Shown here: positions 6,588 through 11,673 of the stretch, one piece after another | How the letters are laid out: each line of letters begins with the position of its first letter | How positions within the stretch are numbered: the stretch's first letter is position 1 | The notes under the pieces: generated by a model | What the model saw: only the letters and a program-made list of their open reading frames with translations | What the model was told of the DNA's origin: nothing | The model's database searches: none | From: Candidatus Hermodarchaeota archaeon | GTDB lineage: Archaea > Asgardarchaeota > Hermodarchaeia > Hermodarchaeales > Hermodarchaeaceae | Reading direction: 5' to 3' | Assembly: GCA_016839365.1 (NCBI GenBank) | Contig: JAEOUH010000006.1 | Location: 1 to 11,673, forward strand | DNA: 11,673 nt | Position numbers and translations under genes: made by a program

Positions 6588-8618
6588 GTGTTTCACACCA
6601 AATTTCGAGACGCTATTCTTGAAGAGCTCTCTGGAATCATCACCAAGGATTATGTCTCAGAGATTATCCGATTTCATCGTATCCAAGCCTCACCTGGTTT
6701 TCATGATGCTATCTACTATGTGAAGAGCGTCATTGATCAATTCCCTGGAATCCGCAGTGATGTTGAAGTATACCCCGCTGATGGAAAAACCAAAACCTGG
6801 CAATTCGTCGCACCCCTGGCATGGCGTGTTGCCGATGGCGAACTGCATCTGGTGAGCCCAAAACAAGAACTCCTCGCTCGTTTTTCTGAAACCCCAGTCA
6901 GTGTTATTGCCCACAGTCAGCCAGTCGACATCGTTGCCCCTCTCATCTACCTTGAAGATGGCACTGAAGAGCAACACTATCGACGCGTTGATGTCAAAGG
7001 CAAAATCGTTCTAACATCGGGCAAAGCGCAACAAGTTCACCAAGAAGCTGTAATCAAACGAGGAGCACTGGGGGCAATCCATTTTCCTCCCTTAGAAATC
7101 CGGACCAAGCAACCGAACCTTATCAAGTATCAAGGGATATGGCCCAATGCCGCAGAAAAAAACAAGATCGGATTTGCCTTCTCTGTCTCAGGGCAAACGG
7201 GATCCAGACTTCGCCGATTAATTCAAACAGAACCTGAAGTACTCGTTCACGCCAAAGTAGATGCTGAACTCTTCGAGGGTGAACAACGTGTTCTCACAGC
7301 CGTCATCGAAGGGACAGAATTCCTCCGAGAAGAAATCGCCCTCATTGCTCACCTATGTCATCCTCGACCAGGAGCAAATGATAATGCCAGTGGCAGTGCT
7401 CTCCTCATAGAACTCGCCCGTGTAATCAGCACTCTCATCAAGAAAGGAAAACTCCCTGCACCACTCCGCACCATTCGATTCATGTGGGTACCTGAATTTT
7501 ATGGAACTGTCGCTTACTTGAATGCACACCCAGAATTTGGTCCACGGACTGTAAGTGCTATTAACTGCGACATGGTGGGTGCCAACCCCTCTCTTGTTGG
7601 CGGCTCTTTGAATTTACACCAAACACCTGATTCCCTTCCAAGTTTTGTAAATGATCTCCTCGAATATCACCTATCAGCCGCAGCAAAAGAACCGAGACTG
7701 ATAGCTCCAGACGGGCAAAACCAGCCCTTCCACTATGAAATCAAAAAATTTGACTGGCGCAGCGACCACTTCATTCTTGTTGATCCAACTTTCAGCGTTC
7801 CATGCCCCATGCTAAACCATTGGCCCGATGTCTTCTATCACAGTAACCTGGATACATTGGATAAGATTGACACGACTCAGTTGCAACGGGTCGGTTATGC
7901 AGTAATTATGACCGTTCTGACTCAAGCCTATGCCGAATCAGATGACGCTATGTTCTTGGCAACACAGATCCATGCTAATGCCCACACACGAATCACGCAG
8001 ACCACGCAACGATATGTGCATGAGGCAATCGATGCAATCGCAGAAACCGAACGCGGCGCCTTGCTCGCACGTATTCTGCGGAAAGCAATGGAAAGTATTC
8101 GGCAAATTACGAGAAGAGAAAGTGTCGCCTTGCAAAGTGTCAAAGTCCTTAGCCCGCATGATTCTGAATTACACAGCTTCATTGATTTGATGTTGGAAGA
8201 TTTAATGCAAGAACGCCAAGAAGAGGTACGTAAATTACGACAGGTTGAAGACCTGCTCTCCCGTTCCATTGGATATACACCCCTTAAGCGATTGGTGCTT
8301 CGGAAGAAGGAAAGAGAGGCCAAGACTATAGTGCCCCGTCGAAAGTTTCAAGGACCCCTCTATTTCTCAGAACTCTTGCGACATACTTCGACAAAGGATA
8401 CACTCTGGCTTCGGCAACAACAGAAAGATCAACCCTTTTTTGTCGAAGTGATGTTGGAACTCACAAACTTCATGGATGGACACCGAACCCTCTATGAAAT
8501 ATTGACCGCCCTTGAAACGGAATTCGGTGAAGTTGCCGATATTGACACACTTGACCGGTTCATTACCATCCTTCAAGAGCAAAATCTGGTCGATATAGAG
8601 AAGATTAAGTCCATGTAA
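6588..8618 (+). CDS. M28-family Zn aminopeptidase-like protein with PA domain (DUF4910-like) and C-terminal winged helix
   Basis: PA insert (DVKGKIVL...GALG); M28 motifs AHLCHP, GANDNASG, PEFYGT, NCDMVG, SDH, YHSNLDT; C-terminal NFMDGHRTLYEI; SD GGGAGG upstream of GTG. Confidence 0.88.
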   Translation: MFHTKFRDAILEELSGIITKDYVSEIIRFHRIQASPGFHDAIYYVKSVIDQFPGIRSDVEVYPADGKTKTWQFVAPLAWRVADGELHLVSPKQELLARFSETPVSVIAHSQPVDIVAPLIYLEDGTEEQHYRRVDVKGKIVLTSGKAQQVHQEAVIKRGALGAIHFPPLEIRTKQPNLIKYQGIWPNAAEKNKIGFAFSVSGQTGSRLRRLIQTEPEVLVHAKVDAELFEGEQRVLTAVIEGTEFLREEIALIAHLCHPRPGANDNASGSALLIELARVISTLIKKGKLPAPLRTIRFMWVPEFYGTVAYLNAHPEFGPRTVSAINCDMVGANPSLVGGSLNLHQTPDSLPSFVNDLLEYHLSAAAKEPRLIAPDGQNQPFHYEIKKFDWRSDHFILVDPTFSVPCPMLNHWPDVFYHSNLDTLDKIDTTQLQRVGYAVIMTVLTQAYAESDDAMFLATQIHANAHTRITQTTQRYVHEAIDAIAETERGALLARILRKAMESIRQITRRESVALQSVKVLSPHDSELHSFIDLMLEDLMQERQEEVRKLRQVEDLLSRSIGYTPLKRLVLRKKEREAKTIVPRRKFQGPLYFSELLRHTSTKDTLWLRQQQKDQPFFVEVMLELTNFMDGHRTLYEILTALETEFGEVADIDTLDRFITILQEQNLVDIEKIKSM

Positions 8619-8624
8619 TGAGTA

Positions 8625-9086
8625 GTGTCTAGTATGAGCCATGACCAAGCCTTGAATTTGCAGAGCCGCCTCGAAATCGTCTTAAACCAATTCGAAGTGG
8701 AAGTGGCAAACATCGAGAAGATTCGAGCCCGAGATGAATTGATAGCTGTTTTAGATGCAGCAGAACAGCTCCGGGTCGTCCTTACCGAAGTCAAGGCTTA
8801 TTTCGTGGAAGTTCGAAACCAGCTTTCAACAGTCCATGGAATACCACCAGCAAAACAACTAGCACAACTTGTCATCGGTGCGTCAACTGAAGCCCTCAGC
8901 GCAATTCGTGAAACCCTTCACTACCTCGAAGATTTTAGAGACAAAATGAAAAGCCCACGGAAAACCCCCCTCACCCGGGAAGAAATCCATTACGCAGATT
9001 TTGGCGCAAGCGTCGCTATTCGCAAATCCCATTACATCATCAATCGCATCTCTGAGCAGGCCGAAAACTTGCCTGAAGAATTATAA
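8625..9086 (+). CDS. Hypothetical all-alpha helical-bundle protein
   Basis: 153-aa ORF tightly packed between two + strand genes, with amphipathic helical pattern; start may be ATG 8634. Confidence 0.72.
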   Translation: MSSMSHDQALNLQSRLEIVLNQFEVEVANIEKIRARDELIAVLDAAEQLRVVLTEVKAYFVEVRNQLSTVHGIPPAKQLAQLVIGASTEALSAIRETLHYLEDFRDKMKSPRKTPLTREEIHYADFGASVAIRKSHYIINRISEQAENLPEEL

Positions 9087-9103
9087 CAGGAGGGAGAGGG
9101 CTA

Positions 9104-9388
9104 ATGAAGCTGAACCGACTTGTATTAGTTAGCCTCATCAGCATTGTAATGACAGCATTCATGATTCTTCTCTTCTTCATCATTCCAGGATTTCCATTAC
9201 TCATTTTCCTCTTTCTCCCCCCTCTCTTCTGTTGGGGACTGCAAGACCAAGATGCAGAGTCACCTCCAACAATGCATCCAGTACAACAAGTCCCCCGATA
9301 TTGTCCGCAATGTGGTAAACAACTACTAGAACCCTTCGAAACCTATTGTCCTCGATGTGGAGCCCACCTACCCCACAATGACGAGTAG
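9104..9388 (+). CDS. Small membrane-anchored zinc-ribbon protein
   Basis: Hydrophobic N-terminal ~45 aa (1-2 TM segments), C-terminal CPQC...CPRC ribbon; SD-like GGAGG upstream. Confidence 0.8.
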   Translation: MKLNRLVLVSLISIVMTAFMILLFFIIPGFPLLIFLFLPPLFCWGLQDQDAESPPTMHPVQQVPRYCPQCGKQLLEPFETYCPRCGAHLPHNDE

Positions 9389-9389
9389 C

Positions 9390-10898
9390 TTAACCAGCCT
9401 TAATCTTAGGCTCTTTATTTTGCATCCTACGGTTTCTTTGTTTCTGCCACTTCCATCCATATTGGTAAACACCATAGATCAGGACGAGTAGAAACAGGAC
9501 CAACAGAATGGCATGAGTGAGGTATCGGTGAATGGCAAAAATGCTAATACTTGCCAGTCCAACCAGAATGAACCACCATGTAGTGATATTATTGAAAATA
9601 CCCAAGTTCAGAATCTGGAATCGATCAAAGATATTCAGCAACCAAGAGGGGAGAGATGCCATATATTTCGCGCCTCGGGATTGCACTGGACAACTTAGCC
9701 CCTGCACAGGGATTAGTGGACCCTTGAGAATAGCCCCAAAGAGGATAAGAAAAGGAAGCAAGGCAATGAGATAAAATTTGAAGATTCCACGGGATAAGAA
9801 AATATGTGCGCTCAATGAGAGGAGGAGAGCAATGAGGAGAAGTTGCTCACGATAGGCCGAAAGGGATTGTTCTGAAATCATGTATGAAATGATCCAGAGG
9901 GACATCAATGCAATAATCCAGGGAATCGCAAGGTAAACCAAGTTAAAGACAATGGCCTTGAAAGGTTCTGGCCAGAAGAATGCCAACGTCGAAACGGGAA
10001 TTGGATGCGTCATAGCAGGTAACTCATCATAGAACCGGTACGACCCTATTCCGGCTGTGAGTGCTTCAATGTATGTTATGGGATAAAGCACAAGATATGG
10101 CATGGAGAGCACGATCCCCACAGTGGCTGTAATTCCAATGGCTATAAGCAGCTGCCGTAGCCCTTGTCGATATTCTAGAAACCAAATCACAGGGATCAGT
10201 AAGCCCGCTGTCTGTTTGACCATGGTGGCTACAGTTACTATTACAAGTGCCCACCGTAGATTTCCTCGAATCATTAAGTAGAAACCTAGCACAAGAAAGA
10301 AAGTATGAATTGGTGTGCTCAACCACAGATAGTTACCCCACCAAAGGGAAACTGGATTAAGCGCAAAAACGAGCAGCGCTATCAGGGGTATAATCCGATT
10401 CTCGGTTAGGCGTTTTGCAGTTGCATAGATTACGATACAGGCTGCTAGATCGAAGACAATAAAAGCGAATCCCACACGGAGAAAATCAAGGTTTCGGGCA
10501 AGTAGAACCGCAGTGAGCTGAATGTCGGGGAATAGTACTTCGGTTGGAAGGAAGTAGAAGGCGCTAAGAATGTACACAAACAAAGGAGGATAGATGTAGA
10601 CCTGAACCCCTTCGATGGTATAGAGGGTCTCTGTGTAGGGGAGGTTCCCCTGGACGAAAGCTCGCACGAAGTTCATGTAATAGTAGGTAAAATCAGAATA
10701 TGCCTCAACAACCTCAAAGTCCATGTTGAAATACGGATGGTGACCATAGATGAGATATTGAGAGGCAGCGAAGTGGAAAATCCCAAGTTTAAGGACAACG
10801 ATGGGAATAAAAACAGCCCAGAAGAGCCAATCTGGATGCCTTAACCAGTTCCAGAATTTTTGTAGCGGTTCCCATGGCAATTGCTGTTCAGGTGGCAT
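9390..10898 (-). CDS. Polytopic membrane glycosyltransferase, GT-C fold (GT87/DUF2029-like)
   Basis: 502 aa with many TM segments; first-loop YSDF motif, YIYPPLF, FALNP and VKQ motifs typical of polyprenyl-phosphate-sugar-dependent transferases. Confidence 0.72.
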   Translation of the reverse strand: MPPEQQLPWEPLQKFWNWLRHPDWLFWAVFIPIVVLKLGIFHFAASQYLIYGHHPYFNMDFEVVEAYSDFTYYYMNFVRAFVQGNLPYTETLYTIEGVQVYIYPPLFVYILSAFYFLPTEVLFPDIQLTAVLLARNLDFLRVGFAFIVFDLAACIVIYATAKRLTENRIIPLIALLVFALNPVSLWWGNYLWLSTPIHTFFLVLGFYLMIRGNLRWALVIVTVATMVKQTAGLLIPVIWFLEYRQGLRQLLIAIGITATVGIVLSMPYLVLYPITYIEALTAGIGSYRFYDELPAMTHPIPVSTLAFFWPEPFKAIVFNLVYLAIPWIIALMSLWIISYMISEQSLSAYREQLLLIALLLSLSAHIFLSRGIFKFYLIALLPFLILFGAILKGPLIPVQGLSCPVQSRGAKYMASLPSWLLNIFDRFQILNLGIFNNITTWWFILVGLASISIFAIHRYLTHAILLVLFLLVLIYGVYQYGWKWQKQRNRRMQNKEPKIKAG

Positions 10899-10997
10899 CC
10901 CTGTTCATATACCCTGCCCTGTTTTCGCTTTTTAGCGTTTCATCCCTTAACTTGGGGCTAAAATAGATTGTATAAGTCTTTTTACCATCCGTCAATC

Positions 10998-11004
10998 TTA
11001 ATAA
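10998..11004 (+). promoter_or_regulatory. Possible TATA box for the longin gene (short or absent leader)
   Basis: TTAATAA about 30 nt upstream of ATG 11034; no clear SD. Confidence 0.3.
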
Positions 11005-11033
11005 GCTTCAGCACACAAAACAGGGTCACATCA

Positions 11034-11673
11034 ATGATTCGTGATGTTTACGTTCTGCGAAGAACAGGTGAGGTTCTCGTACACAAGGCCTTCAGTAAAC
11101 GTGGTGTAGATGAAGCCATTTTCAGTGGATTCTACAGCGCCCTCAGTGCCTTTGCCGAGGAACTTGGACATGGAGGGATTGAAACCATCCGAATGGGGGA
11201 TGTTAGTTTTTATTATGAGCACAGTGACGACATGCTATTTGCCCTAGCCACCGATAAATCTCACAACGCTAAAGACGCACAAATCATCCTGACGGAAGTG
11301 AAACGCCAGTTCGCTGACAAATACGGTGACCGACTCAGCGACTATGATGGCAACCCTGCACCCTTCCAAAAATTCACCACCGAGATCGAGCACATCGTCT
11401 CCGCAAAGCGGAATGGCGATGGGGAAGACACGCTCTTCACACTCCCCTTTGCACTTGATGGAATGAAACTCAAAGGAAAACGCTTGGGGGAGGCAGATAT
11501 CGATGGTGAATGCATCCTCGATTCCCGGATAGAGTTGGCAGCTGTGCACCTCCTCCTTGATGATATCCGCCGAACTGATCCAGGTTATAAACCCCTTAAA
11601 GAGGGCTGCTATGAATTCATCACCAAGCTGTTATGGCCCATGTGGGTCGTAAAAGGCCATGACAATCGACTAG
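11034..11673 (+). CDS. Longin-domain protein with additional C-terminal domain; 3' end runs off the window
   Basis: Not in the ORF track. Manual translation, open for 213 codons to the window edge: MIRDVYVLRRTGEVLVHKAFSKRGVDEAIFSGFYSALSAFAEELGHGGIETIRMGDVSFYYEHSDDMLFALATDKSHNAKDAQIILTEVKRQFADKYGDRLSDYDGNPAPFQKFTTEIEHIV (Asgard-type longin pattern, bb-a-bbb-aa), then SAKRNGDGEDTLFTLPFALDG...FITKLLWPMWVVKGHDNRL. Confidence 0.85.
   Translation, partial: MIRDVYVLRRTGEVLVHKAFSKRGVDEAIFSGFYSALSAFAEELGHGGIETIRMGDVSFYYEHSDDMLFALATDKSHNAKDAQIILTEVKRQFADKYGDRLSDYDGNPAPFQKFTTEIEHIVSAKRNGDGEDTLFTLPFALDGMKLKGKRLGEADIDGECILDSRIELAAVHLLLDDIRRTDPGYKPLKEGCYEFITKLLWPMWVVKGHDNRL

Noticed and set aside
770-10326. 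Remaining short ORFs nested in or antisense to the main genes (e.g. 1959..2279, 2612..2938, 4254..4556, 7928..8323, 10066..10326)
   Set aside because: Overlap well-supported CDSs and show no motifs or translation signals.
11031-11549. Two - strand ORFs (63 and 101 aa)
   Set aside because: Antisense shadows of the longin gene.

Overview
Gene-dense chromosomal window, very probably from an Asgard archaeon (inferred from the eukaryotic-signature-type proteins). Two edge-truncated genes absent from the ORF track were recovered by manual translation: a Rab-like small GTPase (<1..490, -) and a longin-domain protein (11034..>11673, +). Between them lie a class I HDAC/AcuC deacetylase, a Phr/HSR1-type heat-shock repressor divergent from an archaeal Hsp20 (with 14-bp-periodic operator arrays in both promoters), and a NUDIX hydrolase. 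Further on are a multi-zinc-ribbon/CdvA-like coiled-coil gene split by one in-frame TAA, a one-domain gelsolin with a C-terminal extension (1DGelX-like), an M28/PA-domain peptidase operon and a GT-C membrane glycosyltransferase. No RNA genes, CRISPR arrays or mobile elements were recognised. All family calls come from motif recognition by eye; no database searches were run.
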